A stretch of 63,953 nt of DNA, counting the filler, from Globobulimina sp. (taxonomy: Eukaryota), in the NCBI GenBank assembly GCA_003354225.1. It is 28 parts of 28 records of this genome, joined end to end, with 100 filler letters (N's around TTAATTAATTAA, not from the genome) between each part and the next. Parts side by side here need not be neighbours in the genome. Positions count along the whole stretch, not along the records: positions 45,764 to 47,950 come from PIVH01008334.1; positions 48,051 to 50,237 come from PIVH01008335.1; positions 50,338 to 52,523 come from PIVH01008336.1; positions 52,624 to 54,809 come from PIVH01008337.1; positions 54,910 to 57,095 come from PIVH01008338.1; 23 more parts are not named here. One strand, written 5' to 3'. The notes under the pieces are model-generated. The model was given only the letters and a program-made list of their open reading frames with translations, did no database searches and had not been told where the DNA came from. The first letter of the stretch is position 1, and each line of letters begins with the position of its first letter. Position numbers and translations under genes: made by a program. Below are positions 47,468-57,195 of this stretch, in pieces.

Positions 47468-47950
47468 TCAATTGTTACCTCTGCCTCTGCCTCTTTTCCT
47501 TCCCCTTCCCCTTCCTTTTGCTCTCGTGCTCTTTTTCCTTCCTCTTCTGCCTCTCCCTCTACTCCGACTATTATCCATCATAAAAGAAAATGCATTTGGA
47601 GCTGCATTATTATTATTATTACTATTGCTACGCCGCGCATTATTACCATAATTATTGGAAGTAATACCTCGATTATTAGCACCAAGCAAATATCCCTCAC
47701 CATTTGAAGGGGTCGAATTTATTCTCGTTTGTCTTAATCGACTGGCTCCAATATGACGACTATTATTTCGTAATCGATTCCCAACATTCCTACTCACACT
47801 CCGATTATTATTATTATTCCGATTATTATTATTATTACGATTATTATTGCTATTATTATTATTATTGCTATTATTACTCCTATTATTATTATTGCTATTG
47901 CTATTATAAGCACTCGCTGATCTAAGCTGACTCTCAAAGTCAAGCAATTC
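47468..47950 (-). CDS. Asn-rich, RG-rich low-complexity C-terminus
   Basis: Poly-N tract and RGRGR repeats; (TAT)n microsatellite-like DNA on +. Confidence 0.55.
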   Translation of the reverse strand, partial: ELLDFESQLRSASAYNSNSNNNNRSNNSNNNNNSNNNRNNNNNRNNNNNRSVSRNVGNRLRNNSRHIGASRLRQTRINSTPSNGEGYLLGANNRGITSNNYGNNARRSNSNNNNNAAPNAFSFMMDNSRSRGRGRRGRKKSTRAKGRGRGRKRGRGRGNN

Positions 47951-48050
47951 NNNNNNNNNNNNNNNNNNNNNNNNNNNNNNNNNNNNNNNNNNNNTTAATT
48001 AATTAANNNNNNNNNNNNNNNNNNNNNNNNNNNNNNNNNNNNNNNNNNNN

Positions 48051-50237
48051 TGGTATCGGATGACGACCATAACACAGTGATTGCTTTTGGACCACAAACA
48101 AGGGTCAAATCCGTTGGAATTTGTGGTTTTTTTAATGGCCGCAATTTGATCGTATTACTATACTCAGAAACACCTAATTTATTTCGCGCGCGTACTTTGA
48201 ATGAATAATCCCATCCATTGCGGAAGCCGTCCACTCTCTGTTGGTTTGATTTGGTGAAAGCTATTTGTTTGTGATACGGCGTAGCTTTCGTCTCAAATAT
48301 TGGCGCATATCCACCACGCGCATAATACGAATAATTTGCACATTTATACGCTATCACTACACTGCCATCAAAGGCCGCCGATGATACAAAGGTTGGTTTC
48401 GGAGGCGTTGTTTTCACAAAAATTGGATGATATTGCAATGATTCGGTAAAGGCACAAATATTTACACATTTTACTTTGATAATATACGTTTGTCCGGCAA
48501 ATATAGGCGATAATACAATCGGTGATGAATAATGTTTTGATTTTAATATTTGCTGAATGCGGGAATCCAATGTAGACTCAAAATCATTCGATTTCTGTTC
48601 ATCAATAATCTGATTGGGATCTACAAAATGTCCATCTTCGTCAATATTTAATAAATTAACATTTGTAGCTGCGATATTGCTATCTGTCACATCGCCAAAT
48701 TCTTCTTTGATTTCGGGATCAATCAATTCAATCTCGAACCAACCGCGACAATCATTCTTCTCATAGCCCGCACACGAAACATTTATAGTCATTTCCCAGT
48801 TTTTGTCGTCGGTTTCGACGGATTCAATGATTGGTTTTGGTGGTACACAAACAGGACAATAATTGCACGGAGCACTCACCGTACTTCCAATCTCATTTTG
48901 GGCTTCAAATCGAATATCATATTCCTGTCCAAATACCACATTGGACATAATTAATTGTTCGAACTCATAAAATTTAGCATCGTGCGATAACTTGCCTTCG
49001 TGGGCAATGATAATTTTGTTACTGTCATCGTCAAATACATAGGAATTTGCATTGTTGTTGGAATTCTCATCCGAAAGAAAGGCATTTGTGCCCGGCCAGG
49101 GTGTGATTACTATGGTAAATGTTGACGGATTCATGGATTTATTCTCATAATCTGCGGCATTGACTGCATAGTTAATATATAATAATCTGTTATATGCGTC
49201 GCAATGAACATTACTGATAATACCCACCGATGGCAAGGTCATTGGCATGATGGTGGCGGATAAGTTGGACTCTGCAAAAGTTATACAATTTGATAATTTA
49301 ATGGTAAATTTATAGTCTTGCTCTAATCTTAATTCGTCAAATTCGAACTTTGTCCGTATCCAATCGATTTTTTTTAATTTGATTCCTCTTTTTGTCTCCA
49401 AAAGTTCTGCGTTGTGCGCAAATATATTATATGCGCGCTGTGACGCAGTCAGACCATCATCTTCTTCTTTTTTCTCTTCTTCTACTTCTTCCTTTTTCTC
49501 GTCCACTTCTTCCAATTCGTCCGTTTCTTTTTTGATGTAAATAACTTTGAACATATCGGCGCTCCGTGGATCGGTCATATTATGTGCCGCGATTTCAATC
49601 CATTGTTGTAAATGTGGCACATCCGTAATCTCTAATTTTTTATAATCATATTCAATCAGAACTGCTTTGGACGAGTTATGTGTTAATTCTATAATTTCCG
49701 GCGCCGGAATGGAGCCATATTTTATCTCTTTTTCTAAAATTTCCATATTCAAATCTTGATTGTTTGCGGAATGATATTCATTGTCATCAATTAATCGCTT
49801 CCAACCACTGTCTGGCGGCTTATACAAATCCTTACCATCCTCACTTTGATACATTACGCTTTTTTTCTCCACATCTATAATAATCCAGGTTGCTTTGACA
49901 GAAATGCCATCACTTTCGGATTTATCATGTTGTAATACGCGCATTTCTAAATTTACATTCTTGTTATGTCCATACACCATACTTTTAAATGTCTCATCAA
50001 ATATTTTGGGCGAAAATAATCCATCCACATATTTATATTCATCCGGTACCACATATTCAATATAAAGGTCAATATCAAGTAAAGCTGCAATTACATCTTC
50101 AGCCGGGGCCTCCTCTTCATTTCCCTGCGAATTTTCTACTTCGGCTTCATTTTTCTCAGCTTTCGCTGGTAATTTCCATGCGATTTGTTCCACTTTAATA
50201 ATATTATACGTTGTATCAATGTGTCTTTTTAATTTCT
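48051..50237 (-). CDS. Large fibronectin type III repeat protein, internal fragment
   Basis: More than 720 aa open frame; GQEYDIRFEAQNEIG, GQTYIIKVKCVN, GWDYSFKVRARNKLGVSEYS. Confidence 0.85.
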
Positions 50238-50337
50238 NNNNNNNNNNNNNNNNNNNNNNNNNNNNNNNNNNNNNNNNNNNNTTAATTAATTAANNNNNNN
50301 NNNNNNNNNNNNNNNNNNNNNNNNNNNNNNNNNNNNN

Positions 50338-52200
50338 ACGGATATTTCCCCCGCTTGCATAACGAAAAAGATTCTGCTGAATTCACTCAAATATTTACAA
50401 AAATAAACAAAGAAAATGAAGAAAGTAAAATCTAGGATGTATGTTTTGTCAAACAACCGTTTGATAGCAAAAGAATCAATGCTTACTCCTGGTATTTCGA
50501 GTGCGAACTAACTGGATATTGCTCGTTTTTAGGTGGCGTTGCAGCACAAGAAGTGGTGAAAAAATTTGGTAAATATACCCCCATTGAACAGTGGTTGCAT
50601 TGCGATCATATTAACTTAGTGGGCACCGAAATAGCGTCCGATGCCAGCCCAGAAAATTGCAGATACGACCATCAAATATCGATATTTGGCAAACTATTTC
50701 AAAAGAAATTGTCCAATCAGAAAATATTTTTAGTAGGTACAGGCGCTTTGGGCTGTGAGTACTTGAAAGGCTTAGCTTTAATGGGTGTTTGTGCCGGGAA
50801 ACACGGCAAAGTGTGGTGTACGGATATGGATCATATTGAAATATCAAACTTATCGCGGCAGTTTTTATTCCGCGCGCAGCATGTTGGGAAACCTAAATCT
50901 GTGATTGCCGCTGCCGCAGCACAGGAAATCAACCACTTATTGAACGTGGAAGCGTTGACAATGAAGGTATGGCCAGAGACGGAACACTATTTTACGGACA
51001 GTTTCTGGGATAATTTAGATTTTTGTTGGAATGCATTGGACAATGTATTAGCCAGAAAGTATACAGATAAGAAATGTTTGTTGCATTCCAAAGTTTTATT
51101 AGAATCTGGAACCCAAGGAACGAAATGCAATTCCGAGATTATTATTCCATACAAAACAAAGACTTATAACGATGGAGTCGAGCAGGAAACGGAAGGCATT
51201 GCCATGTGCACTTTGCAAAATTTTCCATATTTGCCGATACATTGTATTGAATGGGCCCGATCGAAATTTCTTGGTTTGTTTGGAAATGAAGCAAAAATAT
51301 ATAATACGTTTATGGGGGATGAGAAGGAATGGGGCCAGCAATTGCAGACTGCGCAGGGAGAGGAAAAATATGAAATGCTGAAAACCATTGAAAAATTTAC
51401 AAATATTGATGTTAATGACAAATATAATGAATGTGTAAGGTTAGCGTTTGAAGAATATGTGAAACAGCACATTCATAAGATTATGGATTTGAGATTTACC
51501 TTTCCTGAAAATGATGTTGTGAGAGATAAATCTGATAACATTATTGGCAAATTTTGGAGTGGACATAAAAAATTCCCATCCATTCCTACATTTGATTTAA
51601 ATGACGAAGATATTTTGAATTATTTGTATGCAACGTCTAGTTTGTATGCGTATACGTTTGGTATTGAAAGAGATGACATTGCCAATGATATACAAGAATT
51701 TAAAGTAATTGCAGAAAAATGTAATTTAACAGTCGCTGAATGGGAGAAACCGGTTGGTTTAAATATAAAAGTTGATGAAGACATTGAGGAGAATAAAGAT
51801 GAAGAACAATTAGATGAACAGAAAGAAAACGAAATGAATGAATTGATTGAGAGATTTGAGGAGATGGATAAAAGTAAATTATTATCGGAAATGAAAGAAA
51901 TTGAGTTTGAAAAAGACGATGATACTAATTTTCATATTGATTACATGACATATGCTGCAAATGCACGAGCCAGAAACTATAAAATTAAAGAATTATCACG
52001 CTATCAATGTAAAATTATTGCTGGTAAAATTATTGCAGCATTGGCCAGTACAACATCAATGATTTGCGGTTTGGTTGAATTGGAATTTTATAAATTGAAT
52101 TTAGGATTGAAATATGTTCAACAAAATGCATTTTATAACGCAAATATTAATTTGGCAGTGTCGACGTTTCAATTCTTTGAGCCAGAGGCGGCGGTAAAAA
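50338..52200 (+). CDS. UBA1: Ubiquitin-activating enzyme E1, internal fragment; in-frame TAG at 50433-50435; 3' end replaced by foreign sequence
   Basis: FLGGVAAQEVVK, RYDHQI, VGTGALGCE, DMDHIEISNLSRQFLFR, ALDNV.AR, catalytic MCTL.NFP....HCIEWAR, FEKDDDTNFHID, IAGKIIAA. Confidence 0.93.
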
Positions 52201-52205
52201 AGGAG
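52200..52205 (+). promoter_or_regulatory. Shine-Dalgarno-like site
   Basis: AAGGAG 5 nt before ATG 52211. Confidence 0.6.
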
Positions 52206-52210
52206 ACACC

Positions 52211-52523
52211 ATGGCGTTTGACGAAGGGTTGGCGGAGCGGCTGAGGGACATTTTGCGAGAGCAAAATGAAGTGGAGGAAAAGAAAATGTTTGGCGGCCTT
52301 TGCTTCATGGTGTCCAGACACATGTGCTGCGGTATTGTGGGTGAAAAACTCATGGCCCGGGTGGGGGGAGACAAGTATGACGACTGCCTTGCCAAAGATC
52401 ATGTCCAGGAGATGAATTTCACGGGAAGATCAATGAAAGGGTTGGTCTATGTGGCGCCTGACGGATTTGCGGAAGATGAAGATTTATCACAATGGGTGGA
52501 TATCTGTCTTGGGTTTATTTCAT
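52211..52523 (+). CDS. Bacterial TfoX N-terminal domain family protein, 3' truncated
   Basis: MAFDEGLAERLR, EEKKMFGGLCFMV..HMCCGI, MNFTGRSMKG.VYV, L..W; GC-richer than the flanking gene. Confidence 0.88.
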
Positions 52524-52623
52524 NNNNNNNNNNNNNNNNNNNNNNNNNNNNNNNNNNNNNNNNNNNNTTAATTAATTAANNNNNNNNNNNNNNNNNNNNN
52601 NNNNNNNNNNNNNNNNNNNNNNN

Positions 52624-53046
52624 ATGTTCAGAAAAATATTTGATGTATGGTTCAATGCATCAAATATATTTAATGGAACTTGTTTGCCTCACATAACTAC
52701 TAAACAACTCATACAAATATCATTCAAATATTATGCCCGATATCAAGGTGTTTTGTGTGCATATACGCAATATGAAGATATTGGAGACGATGAAGATCCC
52801 ATTTGGGAATTATGGCATTCGTGGATTATTGATTCGGATGGAACCGTTTATTCATCAAAATCCCAACAATTTTTTGATGATATCATGTCAGGAAACATTG
52901 AAAATGCAATGCAACATAAATTAGCGCAGTATGAAAAGAGTAGGGATGAATTAGTTAAACGTGGAGTGGAGACATTAACTTTGACACAAATCACACACTT
53001 AAAAGATACGCCAGAATTCAAATGGGATTGGCTTCATGTTAAGTAA
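52624..53046 (+). CDS. Hypothetical protein, possibly 5' truncated
   Basis: 140-aa ORF starting at the contig edge. Confidence 0.5.
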   Translation: MFRKIFDVWFNASNIFNGTCLPHITTKQLIQISFKYYARYQGVLCAYTQYEDIGDDEDPIWELWHSWIIDSDGTVYSSKSQQFFDDIMSGNIENAMQHKLAQYEKSRDELVKRGVETLTLTQITHLKDTPEFKWDWLHVK

Positions 53047-53063
53047 TAAAATTATGTCATAAA

Positions 53064-53396
53064 TTGACATTTGAAATTGTTTTATATGCACAGATAATCG
53101 ATCAACGAGTACGTGTTTCTCTATTTGAAAAAAAATTATCTAGCAAACAAATTGGGAAATTGTCGTCTTATTTGATGGGATATCAACGTGGAATCGAGCA
53201 AAAATATCGGCGTTTCCATAACCAGCGGAGTTGTAACTTTCTCAACAATGGAAGAGAAATTGCAAAATTTTATGGTGAGGAGGTTATTGAGGATGATGGA
53301 GAATTTATTATTGTTCAATCTGAAACAATATGGAAACAATTATGCCATTTTTTGACCACTGAGCTAAATTATAATCTGCGTTTTTATCCTCTATAG
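53064..53396 (+). CDS. Hypothetical protein or exon
   Basis: 110-aa open frame, start is TTG rather than ATG. Confidence 0.35.
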   Translation: MTFEIVLYAQIIDQRVRVSLFEKKLSSKQIGKLSSYLMGYQRGIEQKYRRFHNQRSCNFLNNGREIAKFYGEEVIEDDGEFIIVQSETIWKQLCHFLTTELNYNLRFYPL

Positions 53397-53532
53397 CACA
53401 AAAGTTATGCATCAATCAATGATGGCATATCGATTTGTGCAACAAACAAGTTCCATGCTTGCACTGTCGACTTCTATCGGATCGTTTTCCTGCTTTCAAA
53501 ATCTTGTTAAATAAAATAGAAAGATAATAATC

Positions 53533-54198
53533 ATGGCAACAGTAAAAGCACTAACTCAGCTCATAGGATTGTTACAGAGCCATATCAACATTAATAAATC
53601 GAAGAAGAAACGGAATATTCCTTTGAAATTCATTGATGTCGGCCAGCATAAGTTGTCGTGCAGTCATTGTCCAACAAACGCATTGATTGAATATTGGTGT
53701 GTTGAGCAAGGAATAACTGATATTGTGACTTTATTAAGAATGAATGAATCGAAATGTAAAAGTGTTGGCGACAAATGCCGATCATTGAATATTAAGTGGC
53801 ATCATTTACCAATATCTGGCGCAAAGAAACTATGCGCATCCATTCCCAAATCAGGCTTTAATGCGCTAGCAAATAAAGAAAAAAATGGCGATATAATGAG
53901 TTTGTTTGAGATACAAAATATAGTGAATCTGCTGAAAACGGTGAATGAGTCAAGGAATATTGTTATACATTGTGCAGCGGGACAACATCGAACCGGATTA
54001 ACCATGTATTTGATACTCAGAGATATGGGATATAATAAAGAGGACACATTGGAAGCAATTGGTAGAGTGAGGTGGGTCACATACGAGGAACTGATAAAAA
54101 TTAGGAGAATTAATACGTGGTTTCGCCACAAAAAAGTTAAAACTTTGGTAGATTTTGCTGAAGCTTTTATAAAATATAGCTATGCTAATCATCGCTAG
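53533..54198 (+). CDS. Cys-based (CX5R) dual-specificity/tyrosine phosphatase
   Basis: GITDIVTLL, WHHLPI, IVIHCAAGQHRTG. Confidence 0.88.
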   Translation: MATVKALTQLIGLLQSHININKSKKKRNIPLKFIDVGQHKLSCSHCPTNALIEYWCVEQGITDIVTLLRMNESKCKSVGDKCRSLNIKWHHLPISGAKKLCASIPKSGFNALANKEKNGDIMSLFEIQNIVNLLKTVNESRNIVIHCAAGQHRTGLTMYLILRDMGYNKEDTLEAIGRVRWVTYEELIKIRRINTWFRHKKVKTLVDFAEAFIKYSYANHR

Positions 54199-54388
54199 TT
54201 CGTATTCGTACGATGCGTTATTTAATTACTGTAATTTAAATAAATTAATGAGTCCTGACCATTCTTGATATCGATCGTATTTTGAAGATTGTTTTGAAGT
54301 GAAATAAACATTTGTTACATTCCTTCATCATAAATACAATTTTGATAATGAATGTAATATGAACCATTCCATTTATTGTAGTTAGGAT

Positions 54389-54719
54389 ATTTCAAATAAC
54401 ATACAAAGATGCAAAATATGGATCATTACTAGAGTTTGCCACACAATATACGTACATAGAAACAGTGTTATTATTATGACGCTATCATAATATTAAACAC
54501 ATATAAATACTGCTTTCACTTTGCGATCAACATATGCAAAGTTTAGATATGCATATAGCATATCCCATAAATCAATCGATGGTATCAGGAAGCAGTATGT
54601 ATATGTGTTTAATATTATGATAGCGTAATAATAATAACACTGTTTCTAGTATATTGTGTGCCTGCAAACTCTAGTAATGATCCATATTTTGCATGATATC
54701 TTTGTATGTTATTTGAAAT
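54389..54719. repeat. Long imperfect inverted repeat (foldback), ~128-nt arms and ~70-nt loop
   Basis: 54389-54517 is complementary to 54588-54719 with several small bulges. Confidence 0.9.
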
Positions 54720-54909
54720 TTGGGTATACACAAAAGGCCATTACATATGTCGTAAATATACGCAGAGGGTAAATTTTTTTTTGCGAAGGACAGAATCTTT
54801 TCCCAATAANNNNNNNNNNNNNNNNNNNNNNNNNNNNNNNNNNNNNNNNNNNNTTAATTAATTAANNNNNNNNNNNNNNNNNNNNNNNNNNNNNNNNNNN
54901 NNNNNNNNN

Positions 54910-55448
54910 TGCAATGATTTATTGTATTTTTTTAACGATTTCCGAGCTAATCCCCTACGAAAATATGCCTTAATCTGCGAAGAATCTAATTCAATGCATT
55001 TGGTACAGTCTGATTCCGCAGATTCAAAATCTTTATTTTTTAATTGTGCAATGGCTCGGTTGCTGTATAAAACTGCATTTTGCGGAGTTGCTTCGATTGC
55101 TTTGCTATAACTTTCAATCGCTAATAAATAATTGGCGGCTTTGAAGTATTTATTTCCTTCGGATTTAAATTCCAATGCAATTTCTTCCTGTTTATTGACA
55201 CTTTGTTTTTGTGTTTTTATTGATTTAATATTTGAAGACTAAACATTTTGCTTTAATTTCGCTGTTTGTTTTGCTTGATTTCGAATGGGTGGCAAACTAT
55301 CTTTTTTCTTGTTTTTGCCTTTCTTTTTTTGTTTGGCTGTTTGTTCCTTTTGGTTCATATCGTTTCCCCATGATTTTAGATCTGATAAATAGTCGGAGAG
55401 TTCGGATGCATTGTTACGAATACCTTGCTGTGCTTTAAATGCGTCCAT
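54910..55448 (-). CDS. RPAP3/Spaghetti-like TPR co-chaperone, 5' part; probable 57-nt intron 55188-55244
   Basis: Q..IRNNASELSDYLSDLKSW...M..KE, LPPIR, then TPRs (KSEGNKYFK, LYSNRA, KAYFRRG). Confidence 0.82.
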
Positions 55449-55508
55449 TGTCTGTATCGGCAAAAAGGAGGAGAATTATAAAACACTCAAGTTTTTCGCT
55501 TTTGTAAT

Positions 55509-57041
55509 ATGAAAAATGCGCTCAGAATTGTGGGATGGTTATGTATTTCAACAAGGAATTTTCCAACATTTTCAAGCAAAACAAGGCGGATTAATGTTGG
55601 GACGATAGTGCAGTATGAGGCAATATGGAAGAACAGAAAAGCGCTAAATGATAATCTCAATGATAAACAGATAATGAATTACATTAAGATTCCGTTAAAA
55701 TTTCGCAATGTAACAACTGAAATCTCAAATGAAACGTGTTCAAAACGCATTTTACACATTTTACGGAGTAACAATCCAAATAATTTATTTGATATAAGTG
55801 TGTATGCAATGGGCATAAGAAAATGTAATTTATTGAGTGATACTAATGCATCATTGGATATTTTCAATTTAATGAAAGAAACTGGAATTCAATGTAATGA
55901 GCGTATATATGCATTGTTGATTGATGGTTTATGTAACAACGATAAAGCATCAGCAGCATATAAACTGTTTAAATCCATGATAAATAGCGATGGAATCGAG
56001 CCAACCATAATACATTACACAGCGCTTTTAGGCGGATGTAAATATAAAACAAATATTACATTTGCAGAGAAAATATGGACGGAAATGAAAGGAAATAACA
56101 AAATAATAATCGATTGCATGTCGTACACTGTTATGATAACAATATATGGCAAAGCTGATATGATTGAAAAGGCCGAATTATTATGGCAGGAATTCATAGA
56201 TAATGAAAATATTGCAAATGAAGCCATATGTTGTGCAATGATCAATTGTTATAGCAATCATTTGTTGCCACATAAAGCGATTGAAATTATACAATATATG
56301 AAAGATAATCATATTAAATTAAATATTTCTCATTTTAGTTCACTGATTAAGTGTTTTTTGCGATTAAAACAACCGAATAAAGCCTTGCAAATATTTCATG
56401 AAATTAAATCAAATGATATTCAATTAAATAATATTGCATTTATACAATTATGTCGCGTACAATATCAATTATTAAAATATGAATTATTGAAAGAGAGCAA
56501 TGATAAAGATATGGATATGAAATTAGTAGAAAAGTATTGGAATGAAATAGTGAAATTACCGGCAAAATATAATGATAAATTAGTGGAATTGCAACAAGAT
56601 AAAATATTATATGGACAGATAAAGTTTGATTGTATGTTAGAAATGGTTGACAAAGGAATTATAATTAACAATGTGGATATTAATGAATTATTTGCGCAGA
56701 TGGTTGATGATGAATATTTGGCTGGATATTGGAAGAAGAGTGTGAATGGAGAATGGATGATTGATTTACATTTGCATTCAATAAATACCGCAAAGTTTAT
56801 ATTGAGATATATATTTGAATTTGAAATAGAAAATATTGTGGCAAATATGATTATAATTTGTGGCAAATCATCACATTCTGTTAAAATAACAACTCAACAA
56901 ACAATGAAACAATGCATTAAAAACGAATTATTATCATGGAAACCACCGATTCGTGTTTCTATTGATGAAAATAATTCAGGTCGATTGTTGTTACACAGTG
57001 GAGATGTTAATGGTTTCTTAACGTCCAACCAAACAAATTAA
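55509..57041 (+). CDS. PPR protein with C-terminal SMR domain, probably organelle-targeted
   Basis: R/S/T-rich N-terminus; 35-aa repeats (YALLIDGLC, YTALLGGC, YTVMITIYGK, AMINCY, FSSLIKCF); WMIDLH, IICGKSSHS, N.GRL. Confidence 0.88.
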   Translation: MKNALRIVGWLCISTRNFPTFSSKTRRINVGTIVQYEAIWKNRKALNDNLNDKQIMNYIKIPLKFRNVTTEISNETCSKRILHILRSNNPNNLFDISVYAMGIRKCNLLSDTNASLDIFNLMKETGIQCNERIYALLIDGLCNNDKASAAYKLFKSMINSDGIEPTIIHYTALLGGCKYKTNITFAEKIWTEMKGNNKIIIDCMSYTVMITIYGKADMIEKAELLWQEFIDNENIANEAICCAMINCYSNHLLPHKAIEIIQYMKDNHIKLNISHFSSLIKCFLRLKQPNKALQIFHEIKSNDIQLNNIAFIQLCRVQYQLLKYELLKESNDKDMDMKLVEKYWNEIVKLPAKYNDKLVELQQDKILYGQIKFDCMLEMVDKGIIINNVDINELFAQMVDDEYLAGYWKKSVNGEWMIDLHLHSINTAKFILRYIFEFEIENIVANMIIICGKSSHSVKITTQQTMKQCIKNELLSWKPPIRVSIDENNSGRLLLHSGDVNGFLTSNQTN

Positions 57042-57195
57042 ATAATGTGTTCTTTTTGTTGGATCCATTTGCAAATTGATTGGTTGATACATGAANNNNN
57101 NNNNNNNNNNNNNNNNNNNNNNNNNNNNNNNNNNNNNNNTTAATTAATTAANNNNNNNNNNNNNNNNNNNNNNNNNNNNNNNNNNNNNNNNNNNN

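Noticed and set aside
55239-55241. In-frame TAG in the RPAP3-like gene as evidence of stop-codon reassignment
   Set aside because: Falls inside a 57-nt phase-0 GT...AG segment (55188-55244) typical of introns in this window
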